A stretch of 64,000 bases of DNA from Mobula hypostoma. Its lineage: Eukaryota. The translations under genes were made by a program, and so were the position numbers. Positions within the stretch are counted from its first letter, which is position 1. Every line of letters starts with the position of its first letter. Of this stretch, positions 13,185 through 26,699 are shown piece after piece. The notes beneath the pieces were generated by a model, which was not told the origin of the DNA, searched no databases, and saw only the letters and a program-made list of their open reading frames with translations. The DNA lies in NCBI RefSeq assembly GCF_963921235.1, contig NC_086120.1:19654001-19718000 (forward strand), read 5' to 3'.

Positions 13185-16100
13185 GATAAAACAAAAATCT
13201 GAAAATGCTTGGAATATTCAGCAGGTCAGCAAGTTTCAGGTTGGAAACATTTAGTCAGAACTGAAAAAGGAGACAAAAGATGCTTGTAAAGTTGCAAAAA
13301 GGGTGGGGTGGGTGTCTCTGACAAGGTAAAACCAGAGTGACCTTGTAAATAAGATTATCAGATCAACCGGTGAAGAGAGCAGTTTATTTATGTTGTTTCT
13401 TTTTGCACCCTGTGGTGCATCAGGCAAGGCAGCATGTTTTGCCATTTTCTTAGCAATTGTCTGTTTTTTAACGAGGCCAAATTGCTACCTCTACACTCAA
13501 CCCAGCAGGGATGGAAAGAATACAAAGATTTGAACCCAGGACCATTCCCCTGTAAGTCCAGTGCTGATGCCACTACACCACCAGCCGAATGTATTTATAT
13601 TTTTTATTTATTTAGAAATACAGCGCAGAACAGGTCCTTCCAGCCCACTGATCTGTGTCGCTCAGCAACCGACTGATTTAAATTGTCCTAAGCACAGGAC
13701 AATTTAAAATGACTAATTAAACTACTAACTGATAAGTTTTTGGACTGTGGGAGGAAACCGGAGCACCTGGAGGAAACCCACATGCACACGGAAAGAATGT
13801 ACAAACTTCCTGACAGAGGATGCCAGAACTGACCTCTGAACTCAGCCCCCAGCTGTAATAGCATTTTGTTAACCACCGTGCTACCGTGATGCCCAAAAAT
13901 CAACTGCCATTCTTCTTTCTACAAAGCCCATTGCCGATCAGTCTCTCAGCAGCAGTGCTGTGTTGCCAAACTGGACGGTGGTCACTGGATGAAGATCCCG
14001 AAGGTTGTGACCAGAAATCAAACCCGGCCAGGCAGTTGGAGACCCAAACCCCAACCACTTAACTGGAGAGTGAGAACATAGACAAACCAAGGAATAAAAA
14101 AAAATGTAAGTTGCAAAATACAGAGCAGGAGGTCATACCCAACAGCCAGTATGAGCATGTCCTCCACTCACAGGGACAAAAAAGGATGACTGATACAGAC
14201 ATAGAAATCAAATCATCTGACGTAGTGTATTCTATATTGAGTCTAAAAAACTGTAACATGCCCAGGCAGAAAATTAGACGCAGTTCCTCAAGCTTACGAT
14301 GATGTAGTGGCCATTACAGAGACTTGGCTGGCACCAGGGCAGGAATGGATTCTCAATATTCCTGGATTTCAGTGCTTTAAAAGGGATGGGGGGGGGAAGG
14401 GGAGGAAGGGTGGCATTACTGGTCAGGGATACTATTACAGCTACAGAAAGGGTGAGTAATGTAACAGGATCCTCCTTTGCGTCAGTATGGGTGGAAGTCA
14501 GGAACAGGAAGGGAGCAGTTACACTATTGGGAGTATTCTATTGACCCCCTGGTAGCAGCAGAGATACCAAGGAGCAGATTGGGAGGCAGATTTTGGAAAG
14601 GTGCAAAAATAACAGGGTTGCTATCATGGATGACTTTAACTTCCCTAATATTGATTGGCACCTGATTAGTTCCAAGGGTTTAGATGGGGCAGAGTTTGTT
14701 AAATGTGTCCAGGGCAGATTCCTGTCACAGTATGTTGACAGGCCGACTGGGGGAATGCCATACTAGATCTAGTATTAGGTAACAAACCGGGTCAGGTCAC
14801 AGATCTCTCAGTGGGTGAGCATCTGGGGGACAGTGACCACCACTCCCTGGCCTTTAGCATTATCATGGAAAAGGATAGAATCAGAGAGGATAGGAAAATT
14901 TTTAATTGGGGAAGGGCAAGTTATGAGGCTATAAGGCTAGAACTTGCGGGTGTGAATTGGGATGATGTTTTTGCAGGGAACTATACTATGGACATGTGGT
15001 AGATGTTTAGGGATCTCTTGCAGGATGTTAGGGATAAATTTGTCCTGGTGAGGAAGATAAAGAATGGTAGCGTGAAGGAACCATGGGTGACAAGTGAGGT
15101 GACAAGTGAGGTGGAAAATCTAGTCAGATGGAAGAAGGCAGCATACATGAGGTTTAGGAAGCAAGGATCAGATGGGTCTATTGAGGAATATAGGGTAGCA
15201 AGAAAGGAGCTTAAGAAGGGGCTGAGAAGAGCAAGAATGGGGCATGAAAAGGCCTTGGTGAGTAGGGTAAAGGAAAACTCCAAGGCTTTCTTCAATTACG
15301 TGAAGAACAAAAGGATGACAGGAGTGAAGGTAGGACCGATTAGAGATAAAGGTGGAAAGATGTGCCTGGAGGCTGTGGAGGTGAGCGATGTTGGAGTTGT
15401 TAAAATACATTAGGATGGATAAGTCCCCGGGGCCTGACGGAATATTCCCCAGGCTGCTCCACAAAGCGAGGGAAGAGATTGCCGAGCCTCTGGCTAGGAT
15501 CTTTATGTCCTCGTTTTCTACGGGAATGGTACCGGAGGATTGGAGGGAGGTGAATGTTGTCCCCTTGTTCAAAAAAGGTAGTAGGGATAATCTGGGTAAT
15601 TATAGACCAGTGAGCCTTACGTCTGTGGTGGGAAAGCTGTTGGAAAAGATTCTTAGAGATAGGATCTATGGGCATTTAGAGAATCATGTTCTGATCAGGG
15701 ACAGTCAACATGGCTTTGTGAAGGGGAGATTGTGTCTGACAAGCCCGATAGAGTTCTTTGAGGAGGTGACCAGGCATATAGGTGAGGGTAGTGAAGCGGA
15801 TGTGATCTATATGGATTTTAGTAAGGCATTTGACAAGTTTCCACATGGTAGGCTTATTCAGAAAGTCAGAAGGCATGGGATCCAGGGAAGTTTGGCCAGG
15901 TGGATTCAGAATTGGCTTGCCTGCAGAAGGCAGAGGGTCGTGGTGGAGGGAGTACATTCGAATTGGAGGGTTGTAACTAGTGGTGTCCCACAAGGATTGG
16001 TTCTGAGACCTCTACTTTTCGTGATTTTTATTAACGACCTGGATGTCGGGGTAGAAGGGTGGGTTGGCAAGTTTGCAGATGACACAAAGGTTGTTGGTGT

Positions 16101-17530
16101 TGTGGATAGTGTAGAGGATTGTCGAAGATTGCAGAGAGACATTGATAGGATGCAGAAGTGGGCTGAGAAGTGGCAGATGGAGTTCAACCTGGAGAAGTGT
16201 GAGGTGGTACACTTTGGAAGGATAAACTCCAAGGCAGAGTACAAAGTAAATGGCAGGATATTGGTAGTGTGGAAGAGCAGAGGGATCTGGGGATACATGT
16301 CCACAGATCCCTGAAAGTTGCCTCACAGGTAGAGAGGGTAGTTAAGAAAGCTTATAGGGTGTTAGCTTTCATAAGTTGAGGGATAGAGTTTAAAAGTTGC
16401 GAGGTAATGATGCAGCTCTATAAAACTCTGGTTAGGCCACACTTGGAGTACTGTGTCTAGTTCTGGTCGCCTCACTATAAGAGGGAGGTGGAAGCATTGG
16501 AAAGGGTACAGAGGAGATTTACCGGGATGCTGCCTGGTTGAGAGAGTATAGCTTATGATCAGAGATTAAGGGAGCTAGGGCTTTACTCTTTGGAGAGAGG
16601 GAGGATGAGAGGAGACGTGATAGAGGTGAACAAGATATTAAGAGGAATAGATAGAGTGGATAGCCAGCGCCTCTTCCCCTGGGCACCACTGCTCAATACA
16701 AGAGGACATGGCTTTAAGGTAAGGGGTGGGAAGTTCAAGGGGGATATTAGAGGAAGGTTTTTTACTCAGAGAGTGGTTGGTGCGTGGAATGCACTGCCTG
16801 AGTCAGTGGTGGAGGCAGATACACTAATGAAATTTAAGAGACTACTAGACAGGTATATGGAGGAATTCAAGGTGGGGGGTTATATGGGAGGCAGGGTTTA
16901 AGGGTCGGCACAACATTGTGGGCCAAAGGGCCTGTACTGTGCTGTACTATTCTATGTTCTATGTTCTTACATTGCCCTCTCTCAGTGACAGTAAAGGAAG
17001 CCACATACCTATAGGTCAAAGTGGGAGTGAGACTGGGAATTAAAATGTGAAGCAACCAGAAGCTCAGGTTCAGCCCTGCGACTGAACACAGGTGTTCCAC
17101 AAAGCAATCACTCAGTCTGCATTTGGTTTCTCCAATGTCAAGACCATACTGTGAATGCAAATGCAGTACACTAGAGTAGATAAAGTACAAGTGAATTACT
17201 GCTTCATGCCCTCTTGCTCTGCATTTTGCAAACCTCACCCACTTTTTCCTTGATTCTTTCATCTATGAAAACTAACTGTTCCTATTCACTCATTGACAGA
17301 TAAACTTGTTTACAGCTCATCCCCATGATCACCCCATTTTAACACATCAGAGGCAAACATCCCTCTCCCTTGCCCTCCTTGCAGATTTACAAGCTTTTGT
17401 CACCTTTTCAGATTTGACGAAGAGTCTCGGATCTGAAATTTCACTCTGTTTCACTTCCCACAGATAAGGCCTAACCTGCTAAATATTTCCAGTATTTTCT
17501 GTTTTTGTTTAGATTTCCACCATTAGCAGT
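13185..17530 (-). mobile_element. Old Penelope-like element with an inverted terminus, interrupted by SINEs and a CR1
   Basis: Minus-strand terminus at 13185-13370, GIY-YIG-region remnants at 14240-14300 continuing at 16970-17200 across the CR1, and a plus-strand terminus at 17210-17530 with a decayed hammerhead (~17413). Confidence 0.55.
14300..16967 (+). mobile_element. CR1 LINE ORF2, relatively young, in KISS1R intron 4 (antisense to the gene)
   Basis: 308-aa RT ORF 15388-16314 (NYRPVSLTS, QHGF, DFSKAFD, GVPQG, FADD); endonuclease fragments upstream; (tctatgt)n tail; 12-bp tandem duplication at ~15087. Confidence 0.95.
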
Positions 17531-17969
17531 TTTTTTATTGTTAGCAAGAGGATAACACTTTGAGTATTTTTAAAAACCTATTAGATGTATTTTATTGCTT
17601 GCAGACCCCATTTAGTTTGAACAAAATAACTTTTATAAATGTATAAATCTAATTTTGTTGCCTTCCTCCTCCACTCCAACACTGTATTGAGCTCCAAATT
17701 TTCTTACTTTCTTCCTGACTTATTTATTCTTCTGATTTTTTCTCCTCTCTATAGGAAATAACAACCCCAATTTAATGTCAAAGCAAAAACCAGAACCCTG
17801 GTGGGGCAAGGTATCAGTATTTTAGTTCAATCATCCAGGAGATTACTTAAAAGTACAGATCGAATCCAAAAATGTCACAGTTTAATGAGTACATTTTATA
17901 CGGGGCTATTCTAATGTATTTGAAAGAGGAAGTATTTAAACTAATACAGTATATGTAATTAAGGTTTAC

Positions 17970-18208
17970 CTGAAGGTTATTATCAATGGGTTCCACAGCT
18001 GGTCGCCCCATCTGATGAAGCATAGCAGTGTAGGACACACAAATTGTGACTAGCGGCAGGAGATAAACAGCTAGGAAGTTGTGTATAATGAAGGCCTTCT
18101 CAAGGAAAGCTGACGGAAAAGATTCACTGCAGTACACTTGGGGCCCAAACCAGTATCCACTTTGAATCTTCTGATAGATAGCCACTGGTATGGACACAAT
18201 AAACGAAC
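17970..18208 (-). CDS. KISS1R: KISS1R coding exon 4 (TM4-ECL2-TM5)
   Basis: attgtag|GT SFIVSIPVAIYQ...YWFGPQVYCSESFPS...LAVYLLPLVTICVSY...DNNLQ|gtaaac; 239 bp. Confidence 0.95.
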
Positions 18209-18937
18209 CTACAATAATTTGCAGAGGGTTAACATGCTGAATAAAAGGGTTCTTTGTCACCTATTTCACAAGTTTTCATTTGGTAACTTGACTACTTCAT
18301 TATCAGACTTAATTATTACTTTAAGCTTATTGAAATTATAATACGATTCAGTAGCAAGGATAGAATGGCACTTTACATGCACGTATAACAGAAGAGAATA
18401 TCCTACAGTGCTGCACACATCAAAAGTGAACATAAATGCCAGTGCACAGAAGGAAAAGCTACAGGGAGCAGCTTGACCAATAATTTGTTCAAAGCAGCGA
18501 ACATTAAAGAATGTCTGAAGGGAGGACACTTCATTTGGAGCTATTGATTGATATCGGGAGCACATGGCCAAAGCAGTACAAGACCCAGCCACCAGCACTG
18601 GGGAGAAGACTCAGGTAACCAAGACATAATTTTATTTTACAGTTTAATAAGCATTTTATCTACATTGATCAGTACCTAGAAGGATTATACTGAGCTCCAT
18701 AGTTTTCAGGTATGAATAGCAATTACTTGCTTAGAAAAATATTGATTGATTAACCTTTTTTAAGTTAGCTGAAAAATATTAACCTGTAATTTAATAGGTT
18801 AATAAATTTTAAAAGTTGAGGTGGCATATCCCTTTCCACAAAATGTTTGCGGATATAAACCAATTATATTTAGCAATTGAATCAGTGGCTTCTGATCCTT
18901 AGCATGAAGTATTTAAGTCTTTGGCTTCTGTGCTTAC

Positions 18938-19073
18938 CAATCCATATTCCGAGACTGATGCCCAAAGCCACTCGGGGGGTTCTCTGCCTTAAGGACCTGA
19001 GTGGGTAAACTGTCACGTACCATCTGTCCACACTCATTGCAGTCAATGTTATACACGTTGCCTGTACTGATAC
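18938..19073 (-). CDS. KISS1R: KISS1R coding exon 3 (TM3 with DRW motif, TM4 start)
   Basis: ttttgcag|[46 protein letters not shown]|gtaagc; 136 bp. Confidence 0.96.
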
Positions 19074-19221
19074 CTGCAAAAACACAGAGTATATTTCTGA
19101 AAACTAGTCCAACAGAAAGCATTTTCACAAACAGGATTGAGGTCCATTATGTAAGGTTTGAGTGATTAAATGTGTTGAGTAAACAATTCCAAACAGACTG
19201 AAAATTACAATAAATTTATTT

Positions 19222-19606
19222 ATTCACACATTCTTTTTCTCTCTCTCCTTTTTCTCCCTCTGTCCCCCTCACTATACCCCTTGCCCATCCTCTGTTCCCC
19301 CCCCTTTTCTTTCTCCCTTGACCTCCTGTCCCATGATCCTCTCATATCCCTTTTGCCAATCAACTGTCCAGCTCTTGGCTCCATCCCTCCCCCTCCTGTC
19401 TTCTCCTATCATTTTGCATCTCCCCCTCCCCCTCCCACTTTCAAATCTCTTACTCGCTCTTCCTTCAGTTAGTCCTGACGAAGGGTCTCGGCCCGAAACG
19501 TCAACTGTACCTCTTCCTAGAGATGCTGCCTGGCCTGCTGCGTTCACTAGCAACTTCTATGTGTGTTGCTTGAAATTCCAGCATCTGCAGATTTCCTCAT
19601 GTTTGC
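19222..19606 (+). mobile_element. Penelope-like element 3' fragment in KISS1R intron 2
   Basis: Same family as 55740-56105; flanked by an 18-bp direct repeat attacaataaatttattt (19204-19221, 19607-19624). Confidence 0.9.
19470..19507 (+). ncRNA. Minimal hammerhead motif, second copy (antisense to KISS1R intron 2)
   Basis: agtc-CTGACGA-agggtctcggccc-GAAAC-GTC-aactg; one stem I mismatch. Confidence 0.6.
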
Positions 19607-19669
19607 ATTACAATAAATTTATTTGTCCGATCCTCCATCTGAACATTTTCAACAATCCTTCAACAATCT

Positions 19670-20272
19670 CAGACATCCACCCTGCAAAAACTCATTTCAG
19701 GAACGTAGCACCATCAATTTGCGGGAGACTTCGGGGAGAGGTGGGATGTCTGCAATAGAGTAGCTCCTTAGCAGCTGGCCAGCTAGTTTAAATAACGTTA
19801 GCTACGCTAATGAACGAATGACACCTGTTAAACTCACCTCAACATGTCTTTTACAGTCTTAACCCACCATGGGCAATAGAAAAGTCACTGTTGCAAACAG
19901 TGCAGCGAGCAACACTGTCATTATGTTGACCCCTATTAGGCAGGGGTACACTTTAGTGTAGTCTGGGGTGACGTACATTTCATTTTTTTGGGAACACTCT
20001 GCAATGGCGCGCTCTCGCTCGCGCTCTCTCTCTCTCTCGTGGTTGCTCATGCGCTCTCGCTCGCGCTCTCTATCTCTTGCTTGCTTTCTCTCTTGCTCGC
20101 TCTCTATCTCTCGCTTGTTTTCTCTCTCTCACGCGCGCTCTCTCTCGTGGTCACTCTCGCGCTCTCTCAAAAAAATTGATTTCCGTGATATTGTATATAA
20201 TTTGCGGGCATCAGGGAGCCACTATTAATATGTGGGAGACTCCCAGAAGTTCCAGGAGAGGTGGGATGTCTG
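19670..20272. mobile_element. Unclassified non-autonomous DNA transposon with an internal (CT/CG)n microsatellite
   Basis: TIR cagacatccacc / ggtgggatgtctg; flanks caatct/aaatct (possible 6-bp TSD); subterminal gcgggagact repeats; CT/CG repeat at 20007-20170. Confidence 0.75.
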
Positions 20273-21624
20273 AAATCTGTATCAAGCATTTATCATTTAT
20301 AACTTGTCTATGATATTGAGTATTTTTTTGCCAAATAAAATATTTTATCATTGTGAGTTGTACATATGAGCCTATCAGCTACTCAAGTTTAGGACAAAAG
20401 ACTTAGGAGCAGAATTCGGTCTTTCAGACCATCAAGTCTGCTCCACCACCCCATTATGGCTGATTCATTATCCCTCTTGACCCCATTCCCCCGCCTTCTC
20501 CCCAGAACTTTTGATGCCCTGACTAATCAAGAACCTATCAACCTACACTTTAAATACACCTAATGACTTGGCCTCCACAGCCTTCTGTGGCAATGAACTG
20601 CACAAATTCACCACCTTCTAGCGGAAGAAATTCCTCCTCATCTCTGTTCTAAGTGGATGTCGCTCTGTTCTGAGGCTGTGCCCTTTGGTCCTAGGTTCAC
20701 CCACTATAGTAAACATCCTCTCCACATCCACTCTCGTGTTACCAGTTAATAAAATAAGAACATAATATGCAGGAGCAAGTGAAAACCAATTACCCCTTGA
20801 GCCTGCATTGCCCCCAGTGCAAGTATATTCCTTCTTAAATATGGAGATGACATCTCGATTATTGCAGTTTTTGTCTTATTAGCATCCTGTAAAGTTGCAT
20901 TAAACCTTCTCTATCTTTGTACTCCATATACTTTGCAATAGAGGTGGCATTCCATTAGTCTTTCTAATTACTTGGTGTACCCATGTGCCTACAGTGTTTC
21001 ATGCACTTGGTCCCCCATTCGTACTACAATATCTTGTAGTCTCACTCCCTTGAAATCATAACTTGCATTTTCATTTTCCAAATCAAAATAGATAATCTTG
21101 CATTTTTCAACATTATATTCCATCTATCAACTACTTGCCCTTTCATATATCCCATGAATATTCCTTTGATGGTTCCTTATGCTGTCTGCACAAATTACTT
21201 ATGTATCTGACTTTACATCATGACAGATGTAAACAGGACGACATCATGACATCTTTACATTGTGACAGACCCAGGACATCTTCAAGGAGCGGTGTCTCAG
21301 AAAGGCAGCGTCCATTATTAAGGACCTCCAGCACCCGGGGCATGCCCTTTTCTCACTGTTACCATCAGGTAGGAGGTACAGAAGCCTTTAGGCACACACT
21401 CAGCGATTCAAGAACACCTTCTTCCCCTCTGCCATCCAATTCCTAAATGGACATTGAACCCTTGGACACTACCTCACTTATTTCGTATATATTATTTCTT
21501 TATTTTTTGCACATTCAATATACGTATACAGTATTTTATTTATTTATTTACATTCTATGTTATGTATTGCATTGAACTGCTGCTTGTAAGTTAACAAATT
21601 TCACGTCACATGCTGGTGATAATA

Positions 21625-21942
21625 CGAGAGGTGATTGATAAGTTCATGACCGAAGGTAGAAGGAGTCAATTTTAGAAAACCTAGCACATTTATTTTTCAA
21701 TATAGTCCCCTCCTACATATACACACTTAGTCGAGCAGTCGTGGAGCATACGGATCCCTTCTTTGTAGAAGTGGTCCACAGCAGGGCTGATTGATAAGTT
21801 TGTGGCCTAAGGTAGAAGGAGATGAGTTATACAGCTCTTGTTACTTGTACGTGCAGTTCAACTCTTTGAGTGAAAATGCAGAAAGTTTGAAGTTAATAAC
21901 TCATCGTCTACCTTAGGGCACGAACTTATCAATCACCCCTCG
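21625..21942. mobile_element. Mariner-derived MITE
   Basis: TA|cgagaggtgattgataagttc...gaacttatcaatcacccctcg|TA; minus strand encodes a mariner C-terminus remnant FYKEGIRMLHD..KCVYVGGDYIEK*; third TIR copy at ~21783-21820. Confidence 0.88.
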
Positions 21943-23214
21943 TAAACATAGTCACAGTCATACTTTATTGATCCCGAGGGAAATTGGTTTTTGTTACAGT
22001 TGCACCATAAATAACTAAATAGTAATATGTAAATTATGCCAGGAAATAAGTCCAGGACCAGCCTATTGGCTCAGTGTGTCTGATCCTCTAAGGGAGGAGT
22101 TGTAAAGTTTGATGGCCACAGGCAGGAATGACTTCCTATGATGCTCAGTGTTGCATCTTGGTGGAATGAGTCTCTGGCTGAATGTACTCCTGTGCCCAAC
22201 CAGTCCATTATGTAGTGGATGGGAGACATTGTCCAGGGAAACCTGATTCTGATTCTGATCTGACTTTAATGTCAATCCCACATTCCCATCCCCACTAGTT
22301 TCATACCATTGCCTGTAAAGAGTCAATCGATATCTGCTTTTAAAAAAGAGAGAGGCAAAATGAATCTCAAAGACTTGCAACTTTGAAAGAAAAGGATGTC
22401 ATTATATCACTGTTGTAGATGTATGACCTTTTATTTTTAAGCTGTGACCCTTAATTCTAGATTTTCCTACTTGAGGAAACATCCTTTCCACATCTAAGTT
22501 GTCAAAACCCTTGCAAATATTTCAAAAAAGTTCCCTCTTACTCTTCTAAGCTCCAACAGATACTTGCCTAGCCTGTTGAACATTCTACCTATTCATTCAG
22601 CAAACCATTACTGAACAGATTCAAACACATCTTACTTAAATGAGGAGACCAATGCAGTACACGATACTCCAAAAATGATCTCTCCAATGTCCTACATTAA
22701 TAAAGAATAGCCTTTCTACTTTTATATTTAACTTCACTCACATTAATTTACAACGCCTTGTTAGATTCCTAGTGAAGTAAAATGCTCAAGACTTGGTTGT
22801 GCCAGATTGACAGGTTTTCCCAGATCTCAACATTATGCATATTAATACCTAAAAGTACACTTAATTTACCTTATTTTAGATGTTCTGCTGTTATATATCT
22901 TCCAGTGAACTAGTAAGTTTAAGGGGAGCACAGGAACCAACCAGAACCAGTGTGTTTAAATGGAGTGCTGGAAACAGCCCTACTAAGTTTAAATAGAGCA
23001 TGAGAAACATCATCCAATGAGGCAGGTGCTAATCCATTGGTATTTCCAAATAATCAGGTAACATATTAGCAGAGTTTTACTGTTCTAGCTGCAGGTGTAT
23101 ATTAGCATACGTAAAACGTGCTCTGGCATAGGACATAGAGCTCTGCAATCTCTCACTACCTAGATAATAAGCATCTTTTTTATTTCCTGTCAAAATGGTC
23201 ATTATGCTTCATTT

Positions 23215-25440
23215 GACCATAAAACCACAACATAGGAGCATAAGTAAGGCATTTGGCCCATCGAACCTGCCCTGTCCTTTCATCATGACTGATCCATTTT
23301 CCCTCTCAAGCCCATTGTCCTACCTTCTCCCCATAACCTTTAACGCCCTGACTAATCAAGAATCTATCATCCTCCGCCTTTGATACATGCAATGCATTGG
23401 CCTCCAAAGCAGCCCGTGGCGATAAATTCCACAGATTCATCACCCTCTGCCGAAAGAAATTCCTCCTCATCTCTGTTCCAAATGGACGCTCCTCTATTCT
23501 GAGGCTGTGCCCTGTGGTCCTAGACTCCTCCACTACAGGAAATATCCTCTCCACATCCACTCTATCTAGCCCTTTCAACATGCTCACTGAAACCCCTCAA
23601 TTGAAACTCATTGAAGGGTTTCAATGAGATCCCCCTTTATTCTTCTAAATTCCAGCAAGTACCAGCCCAGAGCCTTCTAACACCCTTCATACGATAACCC
23701 TTTCAATCCCAGAATCATTCTCATGAACTTCCTCTGAACCCTCTCCAATGTCAGGGCATCCTTTCTTAGATAAGGGGCCCAAAACTGCTCACAATGCTCC
23801 AATGAGGCCTCACCAGTCCCTTATAAAGCCTCAGAATTACATCCTTGTTTTTATATTCCAGTCCTCTCGAAATGAAAACTAACGTTGCATTTGCCTTCCT
23901 CAACCACTGACTCAACCTGCAAGTTAGCCCTCAGGGAATCCTGTACAATGAATTTCAAACCCTTTGCATCTCAGATTTTTGAATTTTTTTCTGTTCACAA
24001 AATAGTCTACACTTATATTCCTTTTACCAAAGTGCATGACCATACATTCCTGACACTATATTTCATCTGCCACCTCTTTGCTCATTCTCCTAATTCATCT
24101 AAGTCATTCTGCAGACTCCCTGCTTCTTCAACACTACCTGCTCCTCCACCTATCTTCGTATCATCCACAACTTGGCCACAAAGCCATCAATTCCATCATC
24201 CAAATCATTGATATATAAAAAGAATAGGTCCCAACACTGAACCCTGTCGAACATCACTAGTCACTGGCAGCCAACCAGAAAAGGTTCCCTTTATTACCGC
24301 TTTTTGCCTCCTGCCCATCAGTCAATCCCCTATCCATGCATATTTTTCCTTTATTACCATGGGTTCCTATCCTCACCTTGTCAAAGGCCTTCTGAAAATC
24401 CAAGTACGCAACATCAACCAATTCTCCTTTAGTAAATCTGTTTGTAATTTCTTCAAAGAATTCCACCAGATTTGTAAAGCAAGACTTTCTCTTAAGGAGA
24501 CCATGCTAAATCTGGCCTATTTCATCATGTGCTTTCAAGTACCCAGAGACCTTGTTTCTGCCCCTTGACACTCTTGAACTTCCAGCACACTGCAAGTGTC
24601 TTCCACTGTGAAGACTGATGCAAAATACTCATTCAATTCGTGTACCATTTCCTTGATCTCCATTGCTACCTCATCATTTTCCAGCAGTTCGATATCTACT
24701 CTCGTCTCCCTTTTACTCTTTATATATCTCAAAAAACTTTTTGGTATCCTCTTTGATATTATTGGCTAGAAACTTGTCCATTCACTTAGTCTATGTCCCT
24801 TTATAACCCTCCTTTTTTTTCTTTCACAACTTAGTTTCCTACCTATCCTTATGTCATTATCAAATTTAAGAAATGAACCACACTGTTGGTGCCTTCATGC
24901 AAGTGATTTATATTAATTGTAAAATATGAGGTCTCAGCACCAACCACTGTGACACACCACTCATCATATCTTGCCAATCAGAAAAAGTAACTTTTTTGTT
25001 ACTCCCTATTTCCTGTTAATTAGCCAAGCTTCTCTCTACATTACAGCAAAAATCTTGGTGCACATTTTATCAAATGACTTCTGGAAATTAAGCACAGTAA
25101 AACTACTAGTTCCCTTTTATCCACAGTACATGTTAAGAACTCCAATAAAATGATCAAATATGATTTCCTTTCACAAAATTGTGTTGACTTTGCCTGACTA
25201 CCTCAAATGCTAGGAAGTATTTGATAATAAATTTGAACATTTTACCGAGGACAATGAAGGAAAATGTATAGCTAACTGAACTAAAATTTCCTATTTCTGT
25301 CTCCTCTTTTTGATTAAAGTAATTACAGTTATTATTTTACTTTGTTTTTCAAACTAATGGAACCTTTGGTAAAATTAACTATAGACAATTTTTCCAGCCA
25401 TTCTTTTTTAGCCTAAGGATCAAGTCCTGTGGGACCTGGA
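23215..25440 (-). mobile_element. Clustered CR1 LINE fragments
   Basis: DVAYLDFQKAFDKV, GHSLRIEERPF..EMRRNFF.QRVMNLWN. Confidence 0.85.
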
Positions 25441-25469
25441 TTCTTATCTCTGTGCAGCTACAACAGCGG

Positions 25470-25780
25470 CACGGTAACATAGCGGTTAGTGCAATTGCTT
25501 TACAGTGCCAGTTATCACCAGTTTCCTCTGCTGTCTGTAAGGAATCTGTATCTTCTCCCATCATTGTGTAGTTTTCCTCCGAGTGCTCCAGTTTCCTTCC
25601 ACTGTTCAACGACATACGGTTAGAGATAGTGAGTTGTGGGCAAGCTACGTTGGTGCAGGAGGGATGGTGACACTTGCGGGCTGCCCCCCGAGCAATCTTC
25701 AGACTGCATTGGTCATTGACGCAAAACACCTTATTTCACTATATGTTTTGGTATATATGTGACAAATGAAGCTATTCTGT
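25470..25780 (+). mobile_element. tRNA-derived V-SINE/HE1-like SINE (other copies ~1165-1400, 1830-2020, 9290-9590, 13600-13895, 38185-38480, 44395-44650)
   Basis: Shared core GGTTTCCTCCGGGTGCTCCGGTTTCCTCCCACAGTCCAAA-like domain and tRNA-like head. Confidence 0.7.
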
Positions 25781-26699
25781 TTAAATTCCTCAATACCACT
25801 TATCTGGCTATAATGATTTCCTGATTTCCTCTCCCCCTTAATTACACAGACTCACTTCCTATAGGACCAATGCTCTACTGAAGCCCTCCATTGGTCGGAG
25901 TCGGCCATGGATGTTGTGTCCCAACTGTTTACGTAATACGCAAGCCAGTGCAATATGATATGGAGAGCAAGCTGTTGCCCATGTAGCAAGCTCCCCCTCT
26001 CTATGCATCAGTTGAACCCAAAGGAACAGCAGAGACCAATACAGTTTGGTACCAGCAGCATTGTAGGAGTTGCCAGTCAGCGTTGAACTCAACGTAGGAC
26101 TGTCTTAGGGACTGCAGCTCTGGATTTTTCCTTGGGGTTTACTGCTGAAGCATTCTCCATAAGTGAGTACAGCTGCAAGGCAGTGGAGGTTCGAGCTTAG
26201 ATTTTTCCTTCTCCTGAATGAGCTGCCAACCACAGCTGACAAGCCCCATCTGCCCAGAGCAACTGATTTTAAGGCACCAGTAACCTACCTTTGCCCCTCT
26301 CCTATCAGTAGAAGCAGTTCCGTCGGGCTTTGTAGCTAAGCCACATGCGAAGGCCAGGAGCTGGATTTGGTTGTCAGAGGCTATTTGAGACACACGCCTT
26401 TGGGAGCATTTAATAGGTAATGGGAGCTTATCCTCTCTACCACCGCCAGGCTACAACAACCCTAAGGAACCAATTCTCTGCTACTCTTTAAATATCTATA
26501 GAATGCTTATAGGAAGTACAGTACAGGATTTTTTGTGTATTTCTGGTTAGCTTCATTTGTAGTTTTCCTTTCCTTATTAACTTTTTAATCATCTTTTACT
26601 CTTTTATCTTATGTCCAATCTTCTGGTCTGCCATTTAGGTTTACAAGATTAGTTTCTTATAATTTAAGTTTAATATAATCTTTCAACTTCTTTAAAGCC

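Noticed and set aside
15388-16314. 308-aa ORF as a host or domesticated RT gene
   Set aside because: It is part of a CR1 ORF2 with frameshifts, stops and an internal deletion on either side.
17405-17450. Additional hammerheads (also ~13235-13265, 29230, 34465, 48672)
   Set aside because: Core nucleotides or stem II are mutated or truncated; they are decayed PLE termini only.
17847-19085. ORF-track starts and ends for the KISS1R exons (e.g. MTKNPF..., MFLQ..., MLLYV...)
   Set aside because: These extensions are intronic read-through; canonical splice sites define shorter exons that join in frame.
19968-20313. RS-rich/SR-like ORFs
   Set aside because: They are translations of a CT/CG microsatellite inside a DNA transposon.
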